DNA of 64,000 nt, taken from contig JAUWWY010000001.1 of assembly GCA_030616605.1 (NCBI GenBank), positions 68,251 to 132,250 of the forward strand, in the 5' to 3' direction. The stretch's first letter is position 1. Every line of letters begins with the position of its first letter. Below are positions 18,581-26,920 of the stretch, piece after piece. The stretch comes from a bacterium (GTDB lineage Bacteria > Patescibacteriota > Minisyncoccia > Minisyncoccales > CG1-02-41-26). The notes under the pieces are model-generated. The model was given only the letters and a program-made list of their open reading frames with translations. It searched no databases and was not told the DNA's origin. A program made the position numbers and the translations under genes.

Positions 18581-18934
18581 ATGACAACAAAACAAAGATT
18601 GGAAGATATCTGGGAGCAATACTTGAAAAAGGGGTTGGGAGGACTAACCGACTACGAGCTGCTTTCCATGATGGATGATATGGACCAATTAAGAGAAAGC
18701 GCTTTTCAGGAACTCTTAAAACGGGGGACACATAGTTATAACCTTCGTTATATCATGAGGGTTTTTGAGTCCTATAGAGAGAGAGCCTGGAAGGAATTGG
18801 AAAGACTGGGTCCAAGCAGCTATGACCTGGAATACATCATCAACTTTGTTGAGTCCTTAAAAGGAAAAGCTTCTAGATTACTCAGAAAAATAGAGCATCA
18901 TAAAGAAAGGAAAAAACTAAGAATCATTTCTTAA
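18581..18934 (+). CDS. Hypothetical 117-aa protein made of three 28-aa helical repeats (HEAT/PBS-lyase-like pattern)
   Basis: The repeats are LTDYELLSMMDDMDQLRESAFQELLKRG, THSYNLRYIMRVFESYRERAWKELERLG and PSSYDLEYIINFVESLKGKASRLLRKIE. The gene has its own promoter, SD and terminator. Confidence 0.6.
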   Translation: MTTKQRLEDIWEQYLKKGLGGLTDYELLSMMDDMDQLRESAFQELLKRGTHSYNLRYIMRVFESYRERAWKELERLGPSSYDLEYIINFVESLKGKASRLLRKIEHHKERKKLRIIS

Positions 18935-18941
18935 ACTTTCT

Positions 18942-18975
18942 AAAAAGTGCACTGGTTATCAGTGTACTTTTTTTA
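18942..18975 (+). terminator. Rho-independent terminator
   Basis: The stem agtgcactg / cagtgtact is followed by T7. Confidence 0.7.
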
Positions 18976-19015
18976 AACTCTCGACAAATAATTATAATTT
19001 TGTTAAGATATTAAT

Positions 19016-20092
19016 ATGCTTTTGACAATTTTAGTTATATTCTTAACTTTAATTATTCTCTTAGTTTTGCACGAACTTGGTCATTTTATATTAGCTAAAA
19101 AATTTGGAGTAAAAGTTGAAGAATTTGGAATTGGTTATCCACCCCGAATATTCGGCAAAAAATTTGGAGAAACAATATATTCAATAAACCTTTTGCCTTT
19201 TGGCGCTTTTGTCAAAATCACTGGAGAAGAAGGGGAAGTTGACGACCCCCGCAGTTTTTCCCAGAAACCTCTTCGGCAAAGAGCTTCAATAATTTTAGGA
19301 GGGGTTGTTTCTTTTTGGATAATCGCTTTTTTGATTTTCAGCTTAATTGCTGGCGTCTGGGGTTTACCCCATGCTGTGTCTGACGATTTTCAAGGAAAAG
19401 CTCAAGTTCAGATTATTGAAATTGCTAAAGATTCTCCAGCTGAACTTGCTGGAATAAAAGCTGGCGACAAAATAATAGAGCTCAAAGCTCAAAGCTCAAA
19501 GCTCAAAATTAATAAAGTAAAGGAAATTCAGGAGTTCACTAATATTTATAAAGGAAAGGAAATTGTTCTTACCCTAAAAAGAGCTGAGGAGTTTTTAGAT
19601 GTTTCTTTAATTCCTCGGGTTTCACCGCCAGAAGGAGAGGGAGCAATTGGGATTGGTTTAGCAAGGGTGGCAAAAATTAAATATCCCTGGTATCAGGCGC
19701 CTTACATCGGAGCGAGAGTTACCTTTCAGAAGACCTGGCAAATTCCGGTTGTTTTAGGAAATCTTTTTCAGAAATTTTTAAAAGGAGAAAAAGTTCAGGG
19801 AGTTGAATTAGTGGGACCGATTGGCATAGGAAAAATAATGGGTCAATCACTAAAACTTGGGATAGATAATTTTTTAATGGTTGTTGGACTGATTGCTGTT
19901 TGGTTAGCTTTATTTAATGCTTTACCAATTCCGGCTTTGGATGGTGGGAAATTTTTATTCTTAGTAATTGAAGGTATTAGAAAAAAACCGATTTCTCAAG
20001 AAATCGAGCAAAAGATTACTATTTCCTTTTTTCTTGTTTTAATTCTTTTAATGATTTTTGTTACAGTAAAGGATGTTATAAGGTTATTCTAA
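19016..20092 (+). CDS. rseP: Site-2 (M50) zinc metalloprotease RseP-like with PDZ domain
   Basis: It has HELGHF, a PDZ segment (GIKAGDKIIEL), NALPIPALDGG, and multiple TM segments. Confidence 0.85.
   Translation: MLLTILVIFLTLIILLVLHELGHFILAKKFGVKVEEFGIGYPPRIFGKKFGETIYSINLLPFGAFVKITGEEGEVDDPRSFSQKPLRQRASIILGGVVSFWIIAFLIFSLIAGVWGLPHAVSDDFQGKAQVQIIEIAKDSPAELAGIKAGDKIIELKAQSSKLKINKVKEIQEFTNIYKGKEIVLTLKRAEEFLDVSLIPRVSPPEGEGAIGIGLARVAKIKYPWYQAPYIGARVTFQKTWQIPVVLGNLFQKFLKGEKVQGVELVGPIGIGKIMGQSLKLGIDNFLMVVGLIAVWLALFNALPIPALDGGKFLFLVIEGIRKKPISQEIEQKITISFFLVLILLMIFVTVKDVIRLF
19480..19507. repeat. 7-bp tandem repeat GCTCAAA x4 inside rseP (PDZ region)
   Basis: The sequence is gctcaaa x4 exactly and encodes ..KAQSSKLKI.. 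Confidence 0.9.
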
Positions 20093-20096
20093 ACCC

Positions 20097-21353
20097 ATGA
20101 AACAATCTCAATTATTTACCAAAACAATTAAAGAAAAACCCAAGGGAGAAAAAAGTATTAATGCCATTTTGTTGCAGCGAGCTGGTTTTATTTACAAGGA
20201 AATGGCTGGGGTTTACAGTTTTTTGCCCTTGGGATTGCGGGTTTTAAGGAAAATTGAAAATATTATTAGAGAAGAGATGGAAAGCATTTCCGGCCAGGAA
20301 GTTTTTCTGAGTGTTTTACAGCCAAAAGAGCTTTGGCAGAAGACTGATAGATGGTCAAAAGGAATCGGTAAAAATGTTATGTACAAATGCAAAGGAAATG
20401 GAGAGATTGGTTTAGGTCCAACTCACGAAGAGATGCTTACTGATATTGTCAAAAATTATGTTAAATCTTATGAAGACTTGCCTTTGTATGTTTTTCAAAT
20501 TCAAACAAAATTCAGAAAAGAGCTCCGAGCAAGATCTGGTTTGCTTAGGGGAAAAGAATTTGGAATGAAAGACCTTTATAGTTTTCATACTTCAGAAAAA
20601 GATTTTAAAAATTATTATGAGAAAGTTAAAAAAGCTTATTTTAGAATTTTTAAACGATGCGGTTTAGAGGTAATTTTAACTGAGGCCTCAGGAGCAGGTT
20701 TTACCAAAGAATTTACTCACGAGTTTCAAGTTTTAGCTAAGGGTGGAGAAGATAGAATAATTTTTTGCCCCAAGCTTACTTCTCATTTCGCTCAAAATAA
20801 AGAAATTAGCAAATTTAAATCAGGAAATAAATGTCCAGTTTGTAAAAAAGTTTTAAAAGAAAGTAAATCAATTGAAGCTGCTAATATTTTTCCTTTGGGC
20901 ACCAAATACTCCGAAGCAATTGGGGCCTTTTTTCAAGATAAAGATGGTCAGAAAAAACCAATAGTTATGGGCTGTTATGGTCTTGGTATTTCTCGCTTAA
21001 TAGGAGCCCTGGTTGAAGTCTTTCATGATAAAAAAGGAATAATCTGGCCAGAAGAGATAGCTCCTTTCAGAGTTCATTTAATTCTTTTACCAGCAAAAAA
21101 AATTACTCCCCTAAAGAAGAAAGCTGAAAAAATATATTTTAATTTACAAAAAGCAGGAATTAATGTACTATATGATGATAGAAAAGATAAGTCAGCTGGA
21201 GAAAAATTAGTTGAAGCTGATTTAATTGGAATACCTTGGAGAATAATAGTTAGTGAAAAAACTCTTCAGAAAGATTCAATGGAAATTAAAAAAAGAGATA
21301 AAGAAAAAACAAAATTAGTGAAAATGAAAGAATTATGTTCAATAAACTTCTAA
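20097..21353 (+). CDS. proS: Prolyl-tRNA synthetase (compact, no INS editing domain)
   Basis: It has class II motifs, the N-terminus SQLF.KT.KE.P..E...N..LL.RAG and a C-terminal anticodon-binding domain. Confidence 0.9.
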   Translation: MKQSQLFTKTIKEKPKGEKSINAILLQRAGFIYKEMAGVYSFLPLGLRVLRKIENIIREEMESISGQEVFLSVLQPKELWQKTDRWSKGIGKNVMYKCKGNGEIGLGPTHEEMLTDIVKNYVKSYEDLPLYVFQIQTKFRKELRARSGLLRGKEFGMKDLYSFHTSEKDFKNYYEKVKKAYFRIFKRCGLEVILTEASGAGFTKEFTHEFQVLAKGGEDRIIFCPKLTSHFAQNKEISKFKSGNKCPVCKKVLKESKSIEAANIFPLGTKYSEAIGAFFQDKDGQKKPIVMGCYGLGISRLIGALVEVFHDKKGIIWPEEIAPFRVHLILLPAKKITPLKKKAEKIYFNLQKAGINVLYDDRKDKSAGEKLVEADLIGIPWRIIVSEKTLQKDSMEIKKRDKEKTKLVKMKELCSINF

Positions 21354-22387
21354 GTTATTTTAACGAAGATATTGCCATTGACCTTGGAACGGCCTATTCT
21401 TTGGTTTATATCCGGGGCAGGGGAATTGTTATTAATGAACCTTCGGTAGTTGCTATTAATGAAAAAACTGGTCAAGTTTTGGCAATTGGTGAAGAGGCAA
21501 AAAATATGGTTGGCAAAACCCCGGCTCACATTAAAGCCATTAAGCCTCTTCAAAGAGGAGTGGTTTCTGATTTTGAAATTGCCGAACAAATGCTAAAATA
21601 TTTCATTGATAGAGCACACCAGAAAAAATTTATTTCTCTGTTTTGGCCAAGAGTTATTATTGGTATTCCTTGTGGAGTTACCGAGGTTGAAAAAAAGGCT
21701 GTTGAGGATGCTGCAAAATCAGCTGGAGCAAGAGAAATATTTTTAATTGAAGAACCGATAGCTGCTGCCATTGGAGCTCGTTTGCCAATTCAGGAAGCAA
21801 AAGGAAACTTTATAATTGATGTTGGTGGGGGAACTTCAGAAATTGCCGTGATTTCTCTTGGTGGAATAGTTAGTTCAAAGAGTTTAAAAATTGCTGGTGA
21901 TCAGTTTAATCAAGATATAATCAATTATATGCAAGAAAATCATAAACTTTTAATCGGTGAAAGATCAGCTGAGGAAGTAAAAATTGCTATCGGTCAAGCT
22001 GTTTCTCAAGGGGAGAAAAAAGAAGCCTCCCTGAGGGGAAGGAATTTGGTAAAAGGCCTGCCAGAGGAAATTCAAGTTACTTCTGAAGATATTCGAAAGG
22101 CAATGGAAAAATCTTTAAATCAGATTGTTGAAGCGGTAAAAGTAACAATTGAAGAAACGCCGCCGGAACTTTTAGCTGATATAATGACCGATGGAATTCA
22201 TCTTGTTGGTGGTGGTTCTTTGCTGAGAGGCTTTGATAAATTGATTAGTCAGGCAACAGGTATGTCAGTGAAGATTATTGAAGATCCTCTAACAGCTGTG
22301 GTCAGGGGAGGGGGTATAGTTTTGGAAAACCTTGATGAACTAAAAGAAATCTTAGCAGAAAGCGATACAACAGAGATAATTCGCTAA
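21335..22387 (+). CDS. mreB: Rod shape-determining protein MreB (paralog 2)
   Basis: Motifs are IAIDLGTAYSLVY, QRGVVSDF and IDVGGGTSEIAVISLGG. It overlaps the proS 3' end by 19 nt. Confidence 0.9.
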   Translation: MFNKLLSYFNEDIAIDLGTAYSLVYIRGRGIVINEPSVVAINEKTGQVLAIGEEAKNMVGKTPAHIKAIKPLQRGVVSDFEIAEQMLKYFIDRAHQKKFISLFWPRVIIGIPCGVTEVEKKAVEDAAKSAGAREIFLIEEPIAAAIGARLPIQEAKGNFIIDVGGGTSEIAVISLGGIVSSKSLKIAGDQFNQDIINYMQENHKLLIGERSAEEVKIAIGQAVSQGEKKEASLRGRNLVKGLPEEIQVTSEDIRKAMEKSLNQIVEAVKVTIEETPPELLADIMTDGIHLVGGGSLLRGFDKLISQATGMSVKIIEDPLTAVVRGGGIVLENLDELKEILAESDTTEIIR

Positions 22388-22399
22388 CTAATAACTGAG

Positions 22400-22690
22400 A
22401 TGATAAAAAAAGAAGAAGTAAAACATATTGCTAAATTGGCCAGAATTTCTCTTAATCAGGAAGAAATAGAGCAAATGCAAAAAGAACTTTCTTCAATTTT
22501 GGATTACTTTAAATTATTAAATGAGTTGGATGTTTCTGAAGTTAACCCTGCTTTTTATTCGATTCCCCTGAAAAATGTAATAAGAGAAGATATAATTAAA
22601 GAAATAGATGAAGATGAAAGAGATAAAATGTTGGAGCAGGTTCCTTGGAGAGAAGAAAGATACATCAAAGTCAAAGAAATATTGAGGTAA
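22400..22690 (+). CDS. gatC: Asp/Glu-tRNA amidotransferase subunit C
   Basis: A 96-aa protein with V.HIAKLARISL..EE. It sits immediately upstream of gatA. Confidence 0.9.
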   Translation: MIKKEEVKHIAKLARISLNQEEIEQMQKELSSILDYFKLLNELDVSEVNPAFYSIPLKNVIREDIIKEIDEDERDKMLEQVPWREERYIKVKEILR

Positions 22691-22693
22691 CGC

Positions 22694-24130
22694 ATGAAGG
22701 TTGAAGATTTGACAATAAAAAATATCCATCAGGGATTGCTAAAAAAAGAATTTTCGGCAAGCGAAATAACCCAGGCTTATTTAGATAGAATAAAATCTCA
22801 AGATGAAAAAATTAATGCTTTTTTAAGAATATCTGAAGATTTAGCTTTAACTCAAGCTGAAAAAGTAGATCAATTGATTTCTGAGGGTAAAAGCATTTCT
22901 GTTTTGGCTGGTGTCCCAATGGCTATAAAAGATAATATTTTAGTGAAAGATTTAAAGTCCACTGCTGGTTCAAAAATTCTTGAAAATTATATAGCACCCT
23001 TTGATGCGACTTGCATTAAAAAATTAAAAAAAGCAGAAACTGTATTTTTGGGCAAAACAAATTTAGATGAGTTTGGTATGGGTGCCTCAACCGAAAATTC
23101 GGCTTTTAAGAAAACCTTTAACCCCCATGACTTAAGTAGAGTACCCGGTGGTTCTTCAGGTGGTTCAGCAGCAGCAGTGGCTAATAATGAATGTTGTTGT
23201 GCCTTAGGTTCTGATACCGGCGGTTCAGTTCGTCAACCTGCTTCTTTTTGTGGAGTGGTAGGATTAAGACCAACTTATGGAGCTGTTTCCCGTTATGGTT
23301 TAATTGCTTTTGCTTCCTCTCTGGACCAAATAGGACCAATAGCTAAAAATATTGAGGATGCTAAAATTATTTTTGATATTATAAAAGGAAAGGATGAAAA
23401 AGATTCAACAAGTGTGGAAACTCAGTCATTCAGTCATTCAGTCACTCAGTCACTCAGTGATTTAGTGATTGGAGTTCCAAAAGAATATTTTAAAGAAGGA
23501 ATTGATAAAGAGGTTAGAGAAGCAATAGAAAAAGTAATTAAAAAAGCAGAAAAACAAGGAGCAAAAATTGAAGAAGTTCCTTTGGCTCATACCAAATATG
23601 CCTTAGCTTGTTATTATCTTATTTCACCCTCTGAAGCCAGCGCTAATTTAGCCAGATACGATGGAATAAGATATGGAAAGTCAGAAATAGAAAACCCTGA
23701 AATTCAGAGTCTGATGGATGTTTATCTAAAAACAAGAGGAGAGGGATTTGGAGTTGAGGTTAAAAGAAGAATAATGTTGGGCACTTACGCTCTTTCAGCT
23801 GGATATTATGACGCTTATTATCTAAAAGCCCAAAAAGTAAGGACTTTGATTAAACAGGATTTTGAAGAAGCTTTTAAAAAAGTTGATGTTATTTTTACGC
23901 CGGTTTCTCCAACTTTACCTTTTAAAATCGGAGAAAGAAAAAAGGACCCTTTACAGATGTATCTTTCAGATGTTTTAACTGTTTCGGCTGGTTTAGCAGG
24001 AATTCCCGCTCTTTCATTACCTGTTGAAAAAGTTAAGGGTTTACCGATTGGTCTTCAAATTATTGGAAAACCCTTTCAAGAATCAGAAATTTTTAAAGTC
24101 GGACAATTCGTTGAAAAATTAGTTCACTAA
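22694..24130 (+). CDS. gatA: Asp/Glu-tRNA amidotransferase subunit A
   Basis: It carries the amidase signature GGSSGGSAAAVA..GSDTGGSVRQPASFCG. Confidence 0.95.
   Translation: MKVEDLTIKNIHQGLLKKEFSASEITQAYLDRIKSQDEKINAFLRISEDLALTQAEKVDQLISEGKSISVLAGVPMAIKDNILVKDLKSTAGSKILENYIAPFDATCIKKLKKAETVFLGKTNLDEFGMGASTENSAFKKTFNPHDLSRVPGGSSGGSAAAVANNECCCALGSDTGGSVRQPASFCGVVGLRPTYGAVSRYGLIAFASSLDQIGPIAKNIEDAKIIFDIIKGKDEKDSTSVETQSFSHSVTQSLSDLVIGVPKEYFKEGIDKEVREAIEKVIKKAEKQGAKIEEVPLAHTKYALACYYLISPSEASANLARYDGIRYGKSEIENPEIQSLMDVYLKTRGEGFGVEVKRRIMLGTYALSAGYYDAYYLKAQKVRTLIKQDFEEAFKKVDVIFTPVSPTLPFKIGERKKDPLQMYLSDVLTVSAGLAGIPALSLPVEKVKGLPIGLQIIGKPFQESEIFKVGQFVEKLVH
23421..23460. repeat. 8-bp tandem repeat (YTCAGTSA, core AGTCAYTC) x5 inside gatA
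   Basis: The sequence is ctcagtca ttcagtca ttcagtca ctcagtca ctcagtga and encodes TQSFSHSVTQSLSD. Confidence 0.9.
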
Positions 24131-24150
24131 AATAAACTTTTCATATTTTT

Positions 24151-24720
24151 ATGTATCAACCACCACCTTATTCTGAAGCAACCGGATTTACAAATCTTTG
24201 GCAGAATATTAAAGAAATCTTAGAATATTTAGTTTCTTCCCAACTCCACGAGAAGATTTTTGTTATAAAAATACTTTTTATTGTTATTTCTGTTCTTTTC
24301 ATTATTCTTATTATCTACTTTCTTGTAAAAACTGATTTTTTAAAATGGTGGTTTTTAAAATTCTTGAAAGATTTTCTTTTCCCGAAAATTGTTAGAAAAA
24401 AATGGATAGCTAGTAAATGGAAAAATGCTAAAAAGAATTTAGAAAAAGGAAAGATTGAATCCCAGTGGAAAGTTAGTGTTATAAAGGGTTTGAATATTTT
24501 TGAAGAAATTTTGAAAGAAATGGGTTATCCGGGCAAAAATTTGATGGAAAGAGTGACTAAATTGAATAAAGAAGATATTTCTAATTTTGATGAACTTTTA
24601 AAGATTGTTCAAACTTGCCAAGATTTTGTCAGGGACCCGGATTATAAATTGAGTAAAGAAGAAGCCCAAGATATTTTGGAAAATTTTGAAAAAACCTTAA
24701 TAGACCTTGAAGTTCTCTAA
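24151..24720 (+). CDS. Hypothetical membrane-anchored protein (189 aa)
   Basis: The ORF has one central TM segment (IKILFIVISVLFIILIIYFLV). No family was recognised. Confidence 0.55.
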   Translation: MYQPPPYSEATGFTNLWQNIKEILEYLVSSQLHEKIFVIKILFIVISVLFIILIIYFLVKTDFLKWWFLKFLKDFLFPKIVRKKWIASKWKNAKKNLEKGKIESQWKVSVIKGLNIFEEILKEMGYPGKNLMERVTKLNKEDISNFDELLKIVQTCQDFVRDPDYKLSKEEAQDILENFEKTLIDLEVL

Positions 24721-24756
24721 ACCCAGCACCACTTTTTAATAAAAGTGGTGCTGGGT
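24721..24756. repeat. Conserved 15-bp-stem hairpin element, copy 2 (likely also a terminator)
   Basis: It has the same stem as 14613..14647 (acccagcaccacttt / aaagtggtgctgggt) with loop ttaata. It begins 1 nt after the stop codon. Confidence 0.85.
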
Positions 24757-24761
24757 AAACC

Positions 24762-24790
24762 TTGATTTCTTTTCTGATTTTAGATAGAAT
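24762..24790 (+). promoter_or_regulatory. Putative promoter TTGATT-17-TAGAAT for the tRNA cluster
   Basis: Hexamers and spacing were read directly. The first tRNA starts about 17 nt downstream of the -10. Confidence 0.55.
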
Positions 24791-24806
24791 AAGAGATTAG
24801 AATTGA

Positions 24807-24877
24807 CGCGGGGTGGAGAAGTAGTATCTTATCAGGCTCATAACCTGAAGACCCGGGTGCAATTCCCGGCCCCGCAA
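24807..24877 (+). tRNA. tRNA-Met (CAU), initiator-like (C1:A72 mismatch), atypical D and T loops, no encoded CCA
   Basis: Manual cloverleaf: cgcgggg|tg|gaga|agtagta|tctt|a|tcagg|ctCATaa|cctga|agac|ccggg|tgcaatt|cccgg|ccccgca|a. Confidence 0.75.
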
Positions 24878-24918
24878 ATAAAGCTCTTACTTTCTTTTTT
24901 GAAAGTGAAAAGGGTAAT

Positions 24919-24990
24919 GCCGGTGTAGCTTAGTGGTTGAAGTGGGGCTCTCATAAGGCCTAGATGAAGGTTCGATTCCTTCCACCGGCA
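24919..24990 (+). tRNA. tRNA with CAU anticodon (elongator Met or Ile2/lysidine type), no encoded CCA
   Basis: Manual cloverleaf: gccggtg|ta|gctt|agtggttg|aagt|g|gggct|ctCATaa|ggcct|agat|gaagg|ttcgatt|ccttc|caccggc|a. Confidence 0.85.
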
Positions 24991-24994
24991 TAAT

Positions 24995-25072
24995 GCAGCC
25001 GTAGCTTAGCTGGCTTAAAGCGCCTTCCTGTCACGAAGGAGATCGTGGGTTCAAATCCCATCGGCTGCGCCA
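24995..25072 (+). tRNA. tRNA-Asp (GUC) with encoded CCA
   Basis: The manual cloverleaf has acceptor gcagccg/cggctgc, anticodon arm ccttc|ctGTCac|gaagg, T arm gtggg|ttcaaat|cccat and a gcca end. Confidence 0.9.
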
Positions 25073-25075
25073 AAC

Positions 25076-25108
25076 AAAAAAGTCAAATTCTAGAATTTGA
25101 CTTTTTTG
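25076..25108 (+). terminator. Rho-independent terminator after the tRNA cluster
   Basis: The palindrome agtcaaattc ta gaatttgact is followed by T6. Its 3' arm doubles as the -35 of the pyrD promoter. Confidence 0.75.
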
Positions 25109-25125
25109 TTTGTTTCTGTTAAAAA
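25097..25125 (+). promoter_or_regulatory. Putative promoter TTGACT-17-TAAAAA (pyrD-pyrF); copy 1 of a conserved ~36-nt block
   Basis: Here ttgacttttttgtttgtttctgttaaaaagaaagag matches ttgacttttttgtttggctctgttaaaaagaagagg at 26892. Confidence 0.45.
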
Positions 25126-25157
25126 GAAAGAGAATTAAAAGGAGGTGTTCTTTAAAA

Positions 25158-26081
25158 ATGAATACAAAAATAGATCTCTCAGTAAATATTGCTGGCATTA
25201 AGATGCAAAATCCAGTAATGCCGGCTTCAGGAACTTTCGGTTATGGAGAAGAATACTCAAAGCTTCTTGACATCTCAAAGCTTGGAGCAGTGGTGACAAA
25301 AACAACTACCAGAGAACCTCGTGAGGGAAATCCTCAACCCAGGCTTTTGGAAGTACCAGGAGGATTGATTAACTCAATTGGTTTAGCAAACCCCGGCATA
25401 GAAGAGGTAATTACCAAGAAACTACCTTTTTTGGGAGGGTTTGGCGTTCCAGTGATTGTTAGTATTGGTGGGGAGACAATGAAAGATTACCAATACTTAA
25501 CAGAACGACTTAGCGAGGTAGAAGAAATAGTTGGCTTAGAAATAAACATTTCTTGTCCCAATGTTGAGAAGGGTGGTATGGCTTTTGGGCAAGATCCTGA
25601 AGTTGCAGGGAGATTGATAGGAAAAATAAGAGAAGTGAGTCGTTTACCTCTTATAGTAAAACTTACTCCCAATGTGACCGACATTGCTGTGATTGCTCAA
25701 GCAGCTGTAGAAGCTGGAGCTGATGCTGTTTCCTTGATTAACACGCTGAAAGCGAAAGCCAAAATCCGTTCTCGTCTCCACAAAGGAAAATGGATTATTG
25801 GTGGACTTTCGGGTCCCTGTATCAAACCCATTGCTTTAGAGAAAATCTCGGAAATAAAGGAGGCTGGAGTAAAAATTCCCCTTGTTGGTATGGGGGGAAT
25901 TATGACTGTGGAAGATGCTCTGGAGTTTTTTGAGGCTGGAGTTCAAGCTGTGGCTATTGGCACGGCGACCTTCCGTAACCCCCGGACCATGGAAGAGGTG
26001 ATTGAGGGGTTAGAAAAGTATCTCAAAGCCCAAAAACTCTTCAGCATAACTGAACTACAAGAAAAATCAAAAAGGAGGTAA
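25158..26081 (+). CDS. pyrD: Dihydroorotate dehydrogenase, class 1 catalytic subunit
   Basis: AAGGAGG lies 10 nt before the ATG at 25158. Motifs are NPVMPASGTFGYG, SIGG, N.SCPN and a class-1 active-site Cys context. Confidence 0.9.
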   Translation: MNTKIDLSVNIAGIKMQNPVMPASGTFGYGEEYSKLLDISKLGAVVTKTTTREPREGNPQPRLLEVPGGLINSIGLANPGIEEVITKKLPFLGGFGVPVIVSIGGETMKDYQYLTERLSEVEEIVGLEINISCPNVEKGGMAFGQDPEVAGRLIGKIREVSRLPLIVKLTPNVTDIAVIAQAAVEAGADAVSLINTLKAKAKIRSRLHKGKWIIGGLSGPCIKPIALEKISEIKEAGVKIPLVGMGGIMTVEDALEFFEAGVQAVAIGTATFRNPRTMEEVIEGLEKYLKAQKLFSITELQEKSKRR

Positions 26082-26087
26082 AGAGAA

Positions 26088-26813
26088 ATGGAGACACAAG
26101 GAAGAATTTGGGTAGCTTTAGATACCCAAAAGGAAAAGGCCTTGGAGATTGCCGAGAGGGTGGCAAAATTAACCGCTGTTGGTGGTTTCAAGGTCAATCG
26201 TTTGATTGACCAGGAGGTCTTTCGGAGAGATGGGGAAAAGCGGCTTTTTAGAGAATTGGCCCAATATAAGAAACCGATTTGGGCTGATACTAAGTTTATT
26301 GATATTCCTCGCACCGTAGCCGCCCGAACAGAGCCATATGTCCTTTCCGGTATGGTTCAGTACATTACTGTTATGGCTAAAGGCGGCATTCCAATGATGC
26401 GAGATGCTGTTAAAGCTGCTGGTCAGGCAATCGACGTGATAGCAGTTACCGAGCTGACTTCTTTGACTGAAGAGGAAGTCCATTTGCTCTCCGGTCTACC
26501 AAGCAAAGCATCGGTAATTAATTTGGCACGTTCAGCTGTTTTGGCTGGTGTTAAATATCTGGTTTGTTCTGGCCAAGAACTTCCGGTGCTTAAAAAACAC
26601 CCAGAGTTAGAACCCCTAAGGATGTTTGTGCCAGCGATTCGACCGGAATGGTCGCAGGTAGATACACCAGACCAGAAACGTGTGATGACGCCTGTAGAGG
26701 CCCTCCGGCTCGGCGCCAAAATGGTAGTAATTGGAAGTCCAATTGTTAAAGCCGAGAACCCGGTTGATGCAGTTAAAAAAACTGCTGAAGAAATAGTCTT
26801 AGCCAAAGACTAA
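26088..26813 (+). CDS. pyrF: Orotidine 5'-phosphate decarboxylase
   Basis: Motifs are VALD, FKVN and DTKFIDIPRTV (the D-x-K-x-x-D type motif). A strong AGGAGG SD is present. Confidence 0.85.
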   Translation: METQGRIWVALDTQKEKALEIAERVAKLTAVGGFKVNRLIDQEVFRRDGEKRLFRELAQYKKPIWADTKFIDIPRTVAARTEPYVLSGMVQYITVMAKGGIPMMRDAVKAAGQAIDVIAVTELTSLTEEEVHLLSGLPSKASVINLARSAVLAGVKYLVCSGQELPVLKKHPELEPLRMFVPAIRPEWSQVDTPDQKRVMTPVEALRLGAKMVVIGSPIVKAENPVDAVKKTAEEIVLAKD

Positions 26814-26824
26814 ATCAAAAAAGC

Positions 26825-26868
26825 AACAGCCCGCTGGAATGAATTCAGTGGGCTGTTTTCATTTTTTG
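26825..26868 (+). terminator. Rho-independent terminator
   Basis: The stem aacagcccgctg / cagtgggctgtt has one G-U pair and is followed by a T-rich run. Confidence 0.7.
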
Positions 26869-26891
26869 ACTTTTCTTTTTTATACCTCTAC

Positions 26892-26920
26892 TTGACTTTT
26901 TTGTTTGGCTCTGTTAAAAA
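26892..26920 (+). promoter_or_regulatory. Putative promoter TTGACT-17-TAAAAA (pyrB); copy 2 of the conserved block
   Basis: See 25097..25125. Confidence 0.45.

Noticed and set aside
23421-23460. CRISPR array
   Set aside because: The tandem repeats are 7-8 bp (18 bp in rpsP) with no spacers. No repeat-spacer structure of 25-40 bp periodicity and no cas genes other than a solo Cas4-like nuclease are present.
25110-25157. Upstream start (TTG at 25110) giving pyrD a 16-aa MFLLKRKRIKRRCSLK extension
   Set aside because: The extension lies in the terminator/promoter block. A perfect AAGGAGG precedes the ATG at 25158, and the PyrD homology begins there.
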